A stretch of DNA of 64,000 nucleotides from Podarcis tiliguerta (taxonomy: Eukaryota), in assembly GCA_965153285.1 (NCBI GenBank), contig OZ229111.1. One strand, written 5' to 3'. The notes beneath the pieces were generated by a model. That model was not told the DNA's origin. It searched no databases and worked only from the letters and a program-made list of their open reading frames with translations. Position numbers and translations under genes: made by a program. Positions 1 to 12,860 of the stretch are shown piece by piece (position 1 is the stretch's first letter; each line of letters opens with the position of its first letter).

Positions 1-490
1 TAAAGCTTCTGCATGCTGAAAGTGCTAAAAACTGCCTTCTTTTGGATGCCATTCCACAGCCAGGATTATGTAGGTATAGAGTGAATTTCTTGGGGGAGTT
101 GCTTTGGTTTGTTACTTTTGTATGCATTTTGTTTCAGCTGCCCTGTGATCCTCGGATGAAGGGCCGTATGGAAATTTTAAAAAACAACAACAAGAATACG
201 CTATTACTTCCGCAAGCCCTCGGAAAGAGGCAGGTAAAATGAAATTGCACCGATACTAATGGGTCAGCCTGCCCATGAGATATATGGGTATTTATTTTAG
301 TTCAGAGTGCAAGATTTCTTTTTCAAGTCCTGTAATTTCACCCCCTATAAAACCTTTTAAATCCTTATAAAAGGGTTAGCCCTGCAGAATTGGGGAGTGG
401 GGAAAATACATCCGAGTCAAGCTATTTCTGCAAAGCAAGGCAAGCACTGCTGTGGCTCAGCTGAGTGTCTAAAACCATCCATTTACTTGC

Positions 491-604
491 CTGGTTTAGA
501 TAAAAGTAAGTCTCTGCCTCTTGCAGGTAAAGTTCCTCTTTTTGTCCTACTGGAAGACCACACAGCAGCTCATAAAACACATGAAAGCTCCTTTCACCTC
601 GGCC
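491..604 (-). CDS. MYO15B: MYO15B motor exon ([14 protein letters not shown]...YFYLNQ) with GC donor
   Basis: 114 nt, phase 0-0; acceptor ttttttag, donor CAG|gcaagt. Confidence 0.88.
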
Positions 605-3600
605 CTAAAAAACAAAGAGGAGGTAGCCCTTGCAGATCCACACCATGGGAGGAATTTAACATTCTGCTATTGCAATTGTTATGTCATCTCAGGCTTCTTC
701 GCTTGCCAAACAGAACAATCCTCCTCCTCCTCCTCCTCCCCCCTGCACTTTTTTTTGGAGGTTCTTCTGACTCCAATGAGTCAATATCAGGGGGTGTACA
801 AGGAGAGGGGCGGAAGCCCCATTGCCCTAGTTATTAGGACTTAAGTTGAATCCCACCCCATACATTTAAAGCACATCCAACACACATTTAAAGCATGTGG
901 CTCAGCCCTGAAGAGTCCTGGGAACAGCAGCTTTCCCTTCTTGGAGGACCAATCCCTAGACAGGGAACCAAGCAGAGGGCTTTATCAGTAGTGGCGCCCA
1001 CCCTGTGGAACGCCCTCCTATCAGATGCCAAGGAAATAAACAACTATCTGACTTTGAGAAGGCAACCCTGTTTAGGGAATTTTTTTAATGTTTGATGTTT
1101 TATCGTGTTTTTCTAACATTCTGTTGGGAGCCACCCAGAGTGTCTGGGGAAACCCAGTCAGATGGGCAGGGTATAAATAAATTATTATTATTATTAATTA
1201 TTATTATTATTATTATTATTATTACCGTCACCTTAACAAACTACAGTTCTCAGGATTCTTTAGGGCAGGCATAGGCAAACTCAGTCCTCCAGATGTTTTG
1301 TGACTACAATTCCCATCATCCCTGACCACTGGTCCTGTTAGCAAGGGATTATGGTAGTTGTAGTCCCAAAACATCTGGAGGGCATGTTTGCCTATGCCTG
1401 CTTTAGAGAGAGTCATGGCTGTGCTATCAGTGGATAGTGTGGATCAGCATCGTTCTCTATAACAGGAATATACTACTTGGGAGAAAAAAAGTTACTGACT
1501 GCCAGTTTTCTGAGATTTTAAAATGAACAGTACAGATGGTGGACACAGTGATTGTAGGATACTACTGACTGATGTCTAACTTCACTGATAATCCATGTTT
1601 ATAGACCTGCCCCCCCCCCCCAATTTGCCATGTTCAAGCTTCAGAATTTGCAAGGTGATTCTGTAGACTAGTTACCTTCCCACATGGAGGTGCAGCTTTT
1701 GCTCAAGAGGATGTGACTTCCCACATCATGTGTAGGTGGTATCATAATCATCACCATTAACACCCCAGAGTGGATCACAGGCATTTAAAATACAACAATT
1801 GCAGTCACAAGAATAGGGCGGGTCCTAAAAATTTACATCTCAAGGTATCAAAGGCCAGGGTAAAGGAGAAATATCAAAAGCATCTACAAACAACTAGCAC
1901 AAACTCAGATCTCCACAAATCCTGTCACCCATCCCATTCCCTTTTACCAAAAAAACTCTTCCCTATGTGGGTTTGCAGGTCACACATGGAAGCGGGATTA
2001 CTTAATATAGAATAGTGCGTCTCATGCACACAGGTAATTTATCGGCCATCTGACATGCGAGAACACTTTTGTCCTTACCTGAAAAACAACTCTGGACTTC
2101 TCCAAAAGGTACTGAGAGATGGACGTTCCCACCATAAATCCGCTATGAGGAAGAGATTTCTGTAAGACGAGTCGTTTTATTTTCTGCCCTGACTATAGAC
2201 TTTATGGAATGGGAGGTTTTGTTCAATAATGCAAGGCAATTTTTTGAACACTCGCCATTGAAGAAATAAGGCATTCAGAGGTTTAGTAGCATTCTTAAAA
2301 CACAGGCTCCTGCTCCCCAAACTAATGGTGATTTGTGGAAAACACTGAAATCTCATGGAAAAGTGTCTGAGGGAGGTCTTTTGATTCAAATAAATGCTGG
2401 GGAATACTGACAACTGGCGTCTGAATACTTGGAATTTCAAAGCTGTGGGAGTTTAGAACTCCCTATTCTACAGCAACCAAACCAGCTGACTCTCAAATCC
2501 CTCTAAGTGTTTGAAATGCACAGTGAGACCCGGTCAATGAAAGTATGACATACAAATTAAGGCACATGGTAGTTTTCATGTGAGAAAAACTAAAGATGAA
2601 TCTGTTGTTACTGCACCAGTCTCTTTTACATAATAAATTAAGAAGTACTGTCATCTCCCAAGAGGCACCAGCTTGTAGACCAGAGCTGATTTGCACACTA
2701 TTTCTTAACAGATTTATAATAAGTCAGAAATGGTGAACATCTGGCCCTCCTGTTGTTGTTGTTGTATTCCAACTCCCATCAACCCCAGCCAGAACATCCA
2801 AAGGTCAGGGATGATGGGAACCGGAGTCCAGCATCGTCTGGAGGGCCAATAGTTTTGCCATTCCTGAGGTAAGCCATTTCAGCTCCATTCCTCCTGCTGC
2901 TGGAAGGGAACCTGTCTCCTTGCCCTTGCTCTGGGTGGAGCCCAAGAGAACCAGTCTCTCATTGGAAACGATTCCGAGAACAGCCTCTCATGTGACAGAG
3001 GCAGGCTGTGCTCAAGACTCCTTGGTGCGTCCGTACGGTTCTTAAGAGCAGACAATCATTCCTCAAACAGCAAAGAGAAGCTGACTGGAATCCCTTGGAA
3101 TCGATCCCAAGCATGTGAACATGAGCCAACAGGAATCACTGATAAGGCTATATCCTCCATTAACACATCCACTAGCTTTACACGTTCAGTAAGTTTTTAA
3201 AAAATACATTGTTCCTAATAAAGTTATTACCTTACTGTTGATTTTGCATCCCCCACTATCTATGCTTTTTCTGTTTCAAACAGAAATATTAATTACTTTT
3301 TTTTAACTCACTGTCTTAGGTGGACATGCAAGAACTTTCCAAAGCGGCTGGAGTTGTCATTTAAGATGGTCTTTGCATTTCCAAAACTTTCCAAGATGGG
3401 TAACACATCAGATGGCTGTAAGGACAAGGACAATATTAATATTAAAGATGCTGCCTTATTTTTTTTAATCAATCAATAACATTACATTACTTTTAGTACA
3501 ATCTTATGGGTCCCATTGAGCTCAATGGTGGTTATTCCCAGGGTAAGCGGATATAAAATTCTAATTAATTCATTACCTTTTTTAATGTATTTGCATGGAA

Positions 3601-6600
3601 GATTTCATTAAGATTTATTTTCAGACCAAGCATTTAGTATTCGGGCTGCAACATGCACTAATTGTGCTCAATGACAACCTAACTTCTGAACATCTTATTG
3701 TCACTAAAGAAATGTTGAGTAATAGTACACATACTTGCTTTATCCCATGGCTTTCTTGCCTTTGGTATAGCCTGGACAAATAGAGGATGATCGCTTTGGC
3801 AGTTTCAGTTTTTCCTGAGCCACTGTGTCCACTGGAAAACATTAAAAAGGAGGGAGGTGTAATGCAAAGATCGTCACTGTTATTTAAGTTGCTGGATCAC
3901 ATTCTCCACCAGTGCAGTTTATCAACAGTTGAACTGGTGGGTTTTTTTCCTTTTCTTTCTTGAAAAAAAAAATCCAATTAAGATCTCATTGTCCATTGCT
4001 TATTATAAACAGCAACAAAGAAGATAATTTGTCAGCCAAAAAGGGGGGGAAAACAAAACACAACTTTTATGGCAATATAACCAGTCTGAAAAGACTGCTG
4101 GAAGCTCAAGAGAAACCTCAATGGTGTTAATGGCCACCCAAATCAATAAGTTTGATCATAAGGGGCAAGTAGTCCATAAAATAACGCCATGCTGAAAACC
4201 AACTATGGCAGATTCCCACCACCACGCACCAAGGTTCCCACATACTGTCCCAACATGAGATGCATATTTGGAAGATTGGTATGATGCTCCTAAACACACC
4301 AAATGCTGGCAAGTCTAATTCCTCCCCTCCTGTCCCAATGAAAGAATGTGCTAGATCAGGCTTCCTCAACCTCGGCCCTCCAGATGTTTTGAGACTACAA
4401 TCCCATCATCCCTGACCACTAGTCCTGCTAGCTAGGGATCATGGGAGTTGTAGACCAACAACATCTGGAGGGCTGAGGTTGAGGAAGCCTGTGCTAGTCA
4501 AGCAGGTGGCTTGTCTATTGGCCCTCTGTATTACATGGCGGCAGATTAGCTGCAGAAGCAGCAGAATCCTGAAGAGAAATCTCAACACCACAATATTTCT
4601 ACTCAGAAGTAAGTTCCACTGAATTCAATTGCTTACTTCCAGGAAAGCACCCAGCAAACATGGCCTGAATAGTGCCCCTAATGACACTTGGGCCCCTTTT
4701 GCATCAGTGCGGAAGAAGCAATAGGGAGATGGAGCATAAATCTCAGACAATCTTAGGAAAGTTGCCTTTATATCTCTCTTACCTGAGGACAATGCACTGC
4801 TCTTTCTCTGAGCTCTGAGAGAAGGCATATGCCATTTCTGTGATGGCAAATATATGTCTGCAAGGGGACCAAAAGAAATGGAGGGGGGGGGGGAGAGAGA
4901 GAAAGAAGAAAACCCATGTTATTACTCAGCCAGTTTTTAGTTATTACTAAATTCCAGTTGCATCAAAATTAGTTCAGGCTTATTTGTACAGAGATTGACA
5001 CAACACCTTATCAACAGCTACTTTTTGTACAAACACAATGAAATATTTAGGCAGCAGAGTTGGCAGAGCGGTAAGGTAAGGGAGGACAGGAAATTCCTGA
5101 GGCAGAAGTGGCCACATTGGGTTGCAGATGTTGAAATTGGACCATGTTTATTAACATTTCATACCTCACACTCCTTCGGGGGGGGGGGGGGAGGAGAGAA
5201 ACCAGAGCAGCTTATTCCAATAAATGCAAGATTTCTGTAGAACTTAATTGTGCTTAACTTTCTCTGGATTGTTGTATCCAAGAACTGTCAAAAATTATAC
5301 CAAGGGCCACAGCTTGCCCACCTGTAACCTAACAGAACCAAACTGTGCAGATGCTGTGGCTCAGAGCCATTAAGTCTAGGGTTGAGAGTGCTTGAGCCAT
5401 GGAAGGCTTTAGTTAAAGAATGAAATTGGGAGAGAGGTTGGGAGAAGAAGATGAAGAAGAAGAAGGAGGAGGAGGAGGAGTTTGGATTTGATATCCTGCT
5501 TTATCACTACCCTAAGGAGTCTCAAAGCGGCTAACATTCTCCTTTCCCTTCCTTCCCCACAACAAACACTCTGTGAGGTGAGTGGGGCTGAGAGACTTCA
5601 AAGAGTGACTAGCCCAAGGTCACCCAGCAGCTGCATGTGGAGGAGCGGAGACGTGAACCCGGTTCACCAGATTATGAGTCCACCGCTCCTAACCACTACA
5701 CCACACTGGCTTGAGTATCCTGGCGATAAACATTAGATTTAGTGGAATGCACACCAGGAGGCTTAAAAACTTCCCCACATTATACTTAGTCCTCCACAAG
5801 CTATTGTAATAAAGTACTTTGGTTGGCAGCAAACCCCAAAGCTGAGCACTTTGGCATAATACAGCCATGTGAGATAAGAAGGTATTTAAAAATGGAGTGA
5901 TCAGAATATTAATAGCAAAATGAGTCTCATACAGATTTTGTTGTTGTTGTTCTACAGGTTTAAGCCAGTCTCAGATCAAAGCATTATACTGGCATCTGAA
6001 CAGGTGGATTTTTCTAGTTCTTAGCTGCAACCCTTCACTAACACCAACCCTGCATGGCAGACCTTTAAGACTGTAATAGCCAGCCTCAGATTAAATCAGC
6101 AGCACACTTACATATTACTTTCCATAAGCAATAAGAAACCATGAATTTTTCTATTTTTGGTTTGAAACCAGAGATTACTTAAAAGTTGCCTACCATAGAG
6201 GGTTATTGTGAAGAACTGTTTCATTATTTTTTTAAAAAATCTCCCCAATGGGAAATATATAAGTCAGGCCCTGTTGATTTAATACGAGTCTGGCCATTAC
6301 AATTTTAAAACCGGTCTGCCTTACAGCAATGTTGTTGTGAAGGGATAAATAAGAGAGTTGCATCTAAAAGTTAATCAAGTTCTTAAAGACTCTTTTTACT
6401 GTTAATGGAAATTATTTCAATTCAAGGACTACAATCTTAAAGCTTGTCTACCACACAGGACTATTGAATAGAAGCTGCTTTTTGCTGTGGATCTCTGGAC
6501 ACCCTCTAGTTTATGATTTTACCAACACAAACAAACAACTGTATACTCTTTGAAAATGACGCTGACCATTACTATCTCAAAGTCAACCTAGTTTACAGTA

Positions 6601-9600
6601 ACCTACTAAATATATTGGGTGTTGGGAATCTTTTTGTCTTTTGTTTTATTTCTGTGTAAACTGCAACCCTGCAAGGCAAGCACACAGTGTTGTGAAAACA
6701 ATCAATTCCACTTTCTTTCCCCTGATTGAATTAAGGAATAGGAGAGACTACCCTTCATAGGATCATTAGGGCATAGGAGAAAAAGCCACAGCTGGCTAGA
6801 GAAGCTGCTCAGGTGCAAAGGTCAGCACCCAAACACCTCATTTCAGTAATTTCCGCTTTTGCAAAGTATTTACAAATTAGAGTATTTGTGGAGTGTCTAT
6901 GAAATATCTTTTAAAAACCAACAACATGCTGGTAATTAAAGTCAGCTTGGCAAGGATAACTTGTCCTAGTCCAACTTTTTGTAAGGCGTGTGTTAAATTG
7001 ATCACTCAGGCTTTCCATTATGGAGTCATGTGTTCAGAAAGTGCTTTAAAAAGGGGAGGAAAGGACATCAGCTTTATTTCAAAATAATACCAGTATTCTA
7101 TGATAAAAACCCTAGCATGAGCATTGCTAAAAATGATCAAAGGTTTGGGTGGGAATTTAAACCCACAATGGGTTAGCAGCACTTTGTAAAGTTCTTTGTT
7201 TCTAGAACACTCTTATTGTGTGTGACCTGCTTCCCTGGGACAAAAACTCCAACCCTATGACAAAAATCAGTAATTTGCTGCCCAAGCCCCAGAAATCCAA
7301 AACAAATACATAAACAAATTACATTGTAGATCTGAGTGAGATGATGAACGTTGTGTGTGTGTGTGTGCGCGCGCAAGCATATATAAAATCCAATAGCAAC
7401 ATTGTCACTGAAATGAGTGGAAGAATTGTGCCATATTCCTAAATTCCAAAGAGAGGCACAATCACTTTGGCCAAGTGAAATGAGCCCAAGATTGCAAATG
7501 AAAGCCAGGATTTTGTATGCAGCATGAATAATATTATCAGAATAAGGCAAGGAGAAAACACAATGCAGACATACGGTGCATTTCTGGAGAGCAGGCCATT
7601 CTGGTACTGGATCACCACGTCTTCTGAAAAAAGGCTGAGTGGCTTGAAAGGATTGATGCAGATCAAGATATGCCCAATGTACGTCTAGGAAGAAGCACAG
7701 CATTGCCTTGGCTTTACTTATCCTCAAAAGCAGGGCAGGAATTTCAAACCCAAGTCCCCTCTCTTAACTCTTGTAAAGACCAGGGGTGGAGAATCTCCAG
7801 CCTGCAGACCTAACATGGCCCTCTAGGCCTCCCCAACTGGCTCATGAGGCCATTTTCATCCACCTGCCACACACCCAACATCAAACAGCTCATAGTTCTT
7901 CCTTTATCAAGTGAGGCTCACTCCCACCTGCCTGCCAGCTCTTCTTGCAATTATGAAGGGTTGTTTGAAAGCCCCATGGTTTGGTTTGCAACCATTAGGG
8001 CTTCAACGGGAAGCATTCCCTGGTCTTACTACGATGTCAGGTGAGAGACAGGTAGCCAGCTCTGCCCACCTGCCTAGGTTGGCCCACCAGCAGAGGGAGA
8101 GATAATGACGTGGCTCTCTGGCTGAAAAATGTTCCCAACCCCTGTTCTACATTAAGAAAATGGCACTGTTATTCAGTCACAAGGGGTTCCATTGCGGATT
8201 CTTCCCCATGTGGGAAATCAGTGTCTCCCATTCTCAACATTCTTACACACATGCACTTACTCCTTATGACAATCAATTACAGAGATTAAGAAAGTAATAT
8301 CCATACATAAATAAAGTTGCGATGGAATCTCTTTTTCAGACACAGCAGCAGAGAGCTTTCGCTGACTTCCCTGGGTGGGGGGAAGAAATATTATATTTGA
8401 GGATTTTGATTTGATAGCATACCTATTTTTCTACCCCCCCAAAACAAAATCCAGCAGTTAATTTGAAGAAATGTTTACTACTGATGTCGGAAGTAAATCA
8501 ATACATAACTACACTCTGAATCCTGGATTGGACCCTGATGATCCTGGGTTTCCTCATACACTTCTATCAGAAAAACGCCTTGTACCATACTTACTCCAAC
8601 CTGGAAAGGTCCTCCACTTTTTCAAATTCCATGTAGCAATCCTCATCTCTGTACATCTGGAAGGTATATGACAATGGCATTTCAAAGAGATACGTAACAT
8701 CAATTCAGCCACATCCCACACAATGATCTCTAGCACAGAATGCACCAACCTGCTTTTGCATCATGTCCATCTCAAGAACATCTTCAGTGACATCTTCTGC
8801 CTCCCACCTTCCCTGCAATGCTTTTTTTGACCTAGGAGACTTGGCCAGATCCTGCTCTTTATATAAAGTCCACTTGCTTAAGTTCTCAATGGTGAACCGT
8901 GGGAGCAGCGTTTCAGAATTCAGCCAAGCGGTAGGGTCACATGTAAAAGGCTGGTGCTGAGTCCAGTGCACTTGCTCCACTGTTTCTGGCGTGCTCCTCT
9001 GGGTGAGGTCTGCCTTGTCATCTTCCCCCAAGCTGGAAGGTACAGAGTCTTGTAACACCCTTCCTTCAACTTAGAAGAAAAGAGAGCAGGTTACATGTTA
9101 CATCAACTGTTTCTAGTTGTATTTGAAGGTATCCAAGTTTGAAGTTTGCAAATGAACGCTTCGCTCTTATCCAAGGAACCCGATCTTGCTTTCCTCTTGG
9201 ATCAAAGGCACATCATTAGAGGAACATCACAGTAATAATAATAACTTTAATAACTTTATTATTTACACCCCGCCCATCCGGCTGGGTTTCCGCAGCCACT
9301 CTGGGCAGCTCCCAACAGAACACTAAAAACAGAATAAAACTTCAAATATTAAAAACTTCACTAATGTATACTAATGAAAACCAAAACACTGTTTTGACCC
9401 ACCATTCCCCCTCAATAATTTCAGCTCAACAGAAAAAGCCTACTGGATGGGATTTCAAAATGGCAGCATGGCAAAGAGCAATGTTTGGCTCCTGAGGTAG
9501 TGTGGTAACAGCTCTTACCTCAGCTAGAGTTAAAAGAAAAAACAGAAGAACATTCAAAATCATTATTACAAATGCCAAAAGGATTTCTCCCCCTTTTTTC

Positions 9601-12600
9601 ATTGTCTGGTTTTATGAAATGAGAGAAGGGGGGGGGGGAATATATAGCGTAAGGCTGAGTAAGGAAGAGCTAATGGCGCATTTCCTGGTTTACAAACTGA
9701 AGTTATAGAATAGACATGGCCATTGACTGGAAAGAGGCATTGCAGGAAAGCTGAGAGGAAGGTACATGGAGGACTATATTTGGGGGGAAACGGAGCATAA
9801 TTAAAGACCTGCCTTTTTCCTTTTCTTAAGAGTCTTTATTATTTGGCATAAGCAACTTAATAGCTTTTTTGGTGCTGTGGTCTAAACCACAGAGCCTAGG
9901 GCTTGCCAATCAGAAGGTCGGCAGTTTGAATCCCCATGATGGGGTGAGCTCCCGTTGCTCGGTCCCTGCTCTTGCCAACCTAGCAGTTCGAAAGCATATT
10001 AAAGTGCATGTAGATAAATAGGTACCACTCCGGTGGGAAGCTAAACGGTGTTTCCGTGCGCTGCTCTGGTTTGCCAGAAGCGGCTTAGTCATGCTGGCCA
10101 CAGGACCCGGAAGCTGTATGCCGGCTCCCTCGGCCAATAAAGCAAGATGAGCGCCGAAACCCCAGAGTCATCCTGACTGGACCCAACAGGATTAGCTTGA
10201 TTTTACATACCTGGTATAGATACATCAGCTTGAGGACTGCAAGGAAGCACTTGACTATTCCTTTGGCCATTTGGCTTAGAATATTCATGTTGCAATTTAG
10301 CATCTGGCTGGACAGATATTATTGTTTTCCTGCTTGGTTGATCACATGACTGCAGCTGTGGTCCACTACAGTCAATTTCAAGAGAAGCGTTTTTGGACTT
10401 CACCAACTGATGAACCCTGGGGAACACAATGGCAAACTTGGCATCCGTGATACTGCTTTTCTCTTCCTCGGTTTGTCCACTGAGATTCATCAGCAAAGGT
10501 TTTAAGTTGTCTTCATTACAGGGGAAATTCCTTGAAGACCTTGCCCCTTCTTCCAGTTCTTTGTTCACAACTGTATCTTCATCTCCGGTTTGATCACATT
10601 CTAACAAGGAACAGGAAGACCCTTTTTTACACAAGTGTTTCTTCATTTGCTCCCCTGCTGAGTCATGGAAAGGCCTGCCACATCTCTTGGCCAGCCCAAC
10701 AGTGCCAACAACCCGAATGGCCATTCTTCTCCTGAATCCAAATGATTTGTTGCTCCTCTTCTTCTTGCCAAACTTCTTGAAGAGCCATCCTGAGAGGCCA
10801 ACTGCACGTGCTATGCGTAAGAAGCGCTCTTTCAAGCTTGCTTTCTTGGGAGGCTTATGGCTAAGCCAATGGGTCACTTTCTTAAACGCTGAAAGGGTTT
10901 GTAGAGATTTGGATCTCGTTTGCTTAGAAGAGATTGTGCCTTTTCCGGCAGCATCTTCAACAGTTTGTTCCTCCACTAGCTCCTCTTCCTCTCTTGTCTC
11001 CAGGACCAGATTTGAAGCCATTTTGACATTTCCAGTTACTTTTCCGATTTTCTTTTTCTTTTCAACAGAAAGCTTTCTAGTGTTAACGTTTGAGCTTGAA
11101 GCAGTAGAGAGACTTGATTCTTTAATCTCCTTGGCTCTAGAAACCATTTTGTCATTTCTTTTGGTACTCTTTTTCGGATGAATGCTTCCAGCCTTCTTCA
11201 AATCAGAGCCAATTTCTGCTGCCTTAGGACAACTGCCACTTGTCAATAGTTTGGCTTTAGCATCCTTATGCCTGCTTTTTAGGCTTAGCAGAATTTGGGA
11301 TTGTGAAGTCAGATGGCTATATCTCTTTTCGAGCAAGGCCACTGCATCTACTCTTGAACTTGCATCTCGGCTTGTTTGCTCTTCTAAATGCATGCCTTGT
11401 TTGGATGGATCAGCCTTACCACAATATTCACTTTTGTGCTTTATTAGTTGTAGTGAGGAGGTGGTTGTTTTGTCACTGACACTCAAGTTCTCTTCCGTCT
11501 GGTGGTTCTCTTGAGGATTTTTGTTTGAGCCAAACTTGAGGAGCTTTGATCTTTTCTGGTTTCTACTTTTTCTTTTTGCAAAGCTGCTCGTCTCAGTTTC
11601 CTCCTCTTCACTTCCAGGTATACTCTGCTCATAGTCGGAGGCTTCTTTGCCACTCCCCTTTTCCGAAAGATTTTCATGCTCCCCATCATTGCTCTCTTCC
11701 TCTGTAGGGCTACTACTGCAATTGTCTGAGTTACCACTTTGCTCATCATTATCACTTGCTGTAACTTTTCTTGCCACATATCTTTTATCACTCCCTTTTA
11801 TTTTTTCATCTATCTCAGAGTGACTCTCTTCATTCTCAGCCTCTTGTCTTGCTGCTATGATCTCTGACTTTCCTTCACTTTCACTGGCTGTTTCCTGAAG
11901 TTCTTGACAGTCACTAGTTTTGCCTGCAGGCTGATCTTCCCCAATAGCGGGTAACACTTTCTTAGAACAGAGCTCTTCATCTTCATCTTCCAAAGAGTTC
12001 TGTCTACGCTCTCTGACTTTGAACTTGCCCTTTCCAGTCTCTTTATCTCCCATTCTTTGGTTCAAACTGTATTTATCTTGGGAGTTTGAAGATGATGATG
12101 ATGATGAACCTTCTGAATCCACAGGATTTGCTTTGGAAAGTATTCTAGCTGACTTCCTAGTATGTGTCTTCTTGTACCCTCCACTTTTTTCTCTGGTAGT
12201 CTTACCACTAGCCTTACAGTGAGGCTTCCTCTTATAATGTTCCTTGCTTTCAGTATGACTTCTCTGGTATGACTCTTGCTTCTTCCAAGGGGAACCTTGT
12301 TCATTTTCTATTGCGAGGGACTCAGTATCAGCGATATTCTTTCTCTTGCTTGGTTGCTTCTTACGTTTCCTTTTCAAGTTGTGTTTCTCATTGTCTTCAG
12401 TGTCCTTTGATTCAGCGCTTTTCGCGCTGGCATTGTGCCATTGTCCTGAAATCTGATCATCTTGCCTCACGACCCTTCTTCCGTTCTTCTCTCCCTTGCA
12501 CATTAACTGCTCCCCATGTCTTCTATCAGAATGGCATTCTCTGATCTTGGAACTTCTCTTCTCTTTTCCTTCTTTCTTGAAGCTACTCTTCCTTCCTTCT

Positions 12601-12860
12601 TTCAGCCTTCTCACCTCTCCCTTGCCCTTTGCTGGGCCCTGCACAGAGACAACAGGAACCCCATCCTCATCAGAGGATGAATCTTCAGAATTAGTTCTCT
12701 CATTGCTCTTTCTTTTCTTCAGCCTTCTGTCGTGGTTCTTTGATTCGTCAACATGCTTTTTCTTTTTTCGAGAAACATGTGCTGTTATTTCCTGGCTGCC
12801 ATACTCAGCTTTCTGTTCTCTGGATGTTTTGCGTTCTGCTTTAGACCGAGAAGGTGCCAT
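491..12860 (-). CDS. MYO15B: Unconventional myosin XVB, 5' part (10 coding exons, 1220 codons; gene continues beyond the left edge)
   Basis: Phase-consistent exons 12860-10211, 9069-8750, 8656-8595, 8370-8307, 7684-7575, 4857-4783, 3831-3735, 3415-3312, 2142-2079 and 604-491. Myosin motor motifs present: [23 protein letters not shown]-loop [48 protein letters not shown]. Giant N-terminal exon typical of class XV myosins; lies directly downstream of LLGL2 in the same orientation, as MYO15B does in human. Confidence 0.9.
960..1222 (+). mobile_element. L2-type LINE 3' fragment with (TTA)n tail
   Basis: Encodes [14 protein letters not shown] (L2 ORF2 C-terminus); 3' end shared with the copies at 9235, 33581, 43958 and 50217. 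Confidence 0.8.
1266..1400. mobile_element. hAT-type palindromic MITE (about 135 bp)
   Basis: TIR CAGGCATAGGCAAAC; 8-bp TSD ctttaggg/ctttagag. Confidence 0.85.
2079..2142 (-). CDS. MYO15B: MYO15B motor exon ([21 protein letters not shown])
   Basis: 64 nt, cctcatag / gtaagg, conserved YLLEKSRV. Confidence 0.92.
3312..3415 (-). CDS. MYO15B: MYO15B motor exon with switch I ([20 protein letters not shown])
   Basis: 104 nt, ttacag / gtgagt. Confidence 0.93.
3735..3831 (-). CDS. MYO15B: MYO15B motor exon with P-loop ([12 protein letters not shown])
   Basis: 97 nt, ttttccag / gtatgt. Confidence 0.93.
4357..4491. mobile_element. hAT-type palindromic MITE
   Basis: TIR CAGGCTTCCTCAACCTC; TSD tgctagat/tgctagtc. 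Confidence 0.82.
4783..4857 (-). CDS. MYO15B: MYO15B motor exon ([24 protein letters not shown])
   Basis: 75 nt, ttgcag / gtaaga. Confidence 0.92.
5441..5711 (-). mobile_element. tRNA-derived SINE (Squam3-like) with (TTC/CTC)n tail
   Basis: Minus strand begins ccagtgtggtgtagtggttaggagcggtggactc...ccgggttcac (A/B boxes) and ends in a CTT/CTC microsatellite. Confidence 0.75.
7575..7684 (-). CDS. MYO15B: MYO15B motor exon ([20 protein letters not shown]...)
   Basis: 110 nt, ttcctag / gtatgt. Confidence 0.92.
8307..8370 (-). CDS. MYO15B: MYO15B motor exon ([21 protein letters not shown])
   Basis: 64 nt, cacccag / gtatgg. Confidence 0.9.
8595..8656 (-). CDS. MYO15B: MYO15B exon at the start of the motor domain ([21 protein letters not shown])
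   Basis: 62 nt, cttccag|ATG ... ga|gtaagt; VEDLSRL matches the myosin VED(M/L)xxL motor start. Confidence 0.88.
8750..9069 (-). CDS. MYO15B: MYO15B N-terminal extension, second exon ([10 protein letters not shown]...MDMMQKQ)
   Basis: 320 nt, phase 1-0, cttctaag / gttggt; bridges the giant exon and the motor in frame. Confidence 0.8.
9235..9363 (-). mobile_element. L2-type LINE 3' end fragment
   Basis: Matches the 3' end of the 33581 element. Confidence 0.7.
9871..10186 (+). mobile_element. Sauria-type SINE
   Basis: ggtgctgtggtctaaaccacagagcctagg...cagaaggtcggcagtttgaatccc head; body shared with the other copies. Confidence 0.85.
10211..12860 (-). CDS. MYO15B: MYO15B giant first coding exon (about 883 aa, K/S/E/R-rich N-terminal extension, starts [11 protein letters not shown])
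   Basis: Part of the 901-aa ORF 10203..12908. Acceptor tatatag at 12866-67, ATG 5 nt into the exon, donor CAG|gtatgt after 10211. Confidence 0.85.

Noticed and set aside
7173-7727. 184-aa minus-strand ORF
   Set aside because: It crosses a MYO15B exon in another frame, runs through intron and a (CA)n repeat, has a non-ATG start and shows no recognisable motifs.
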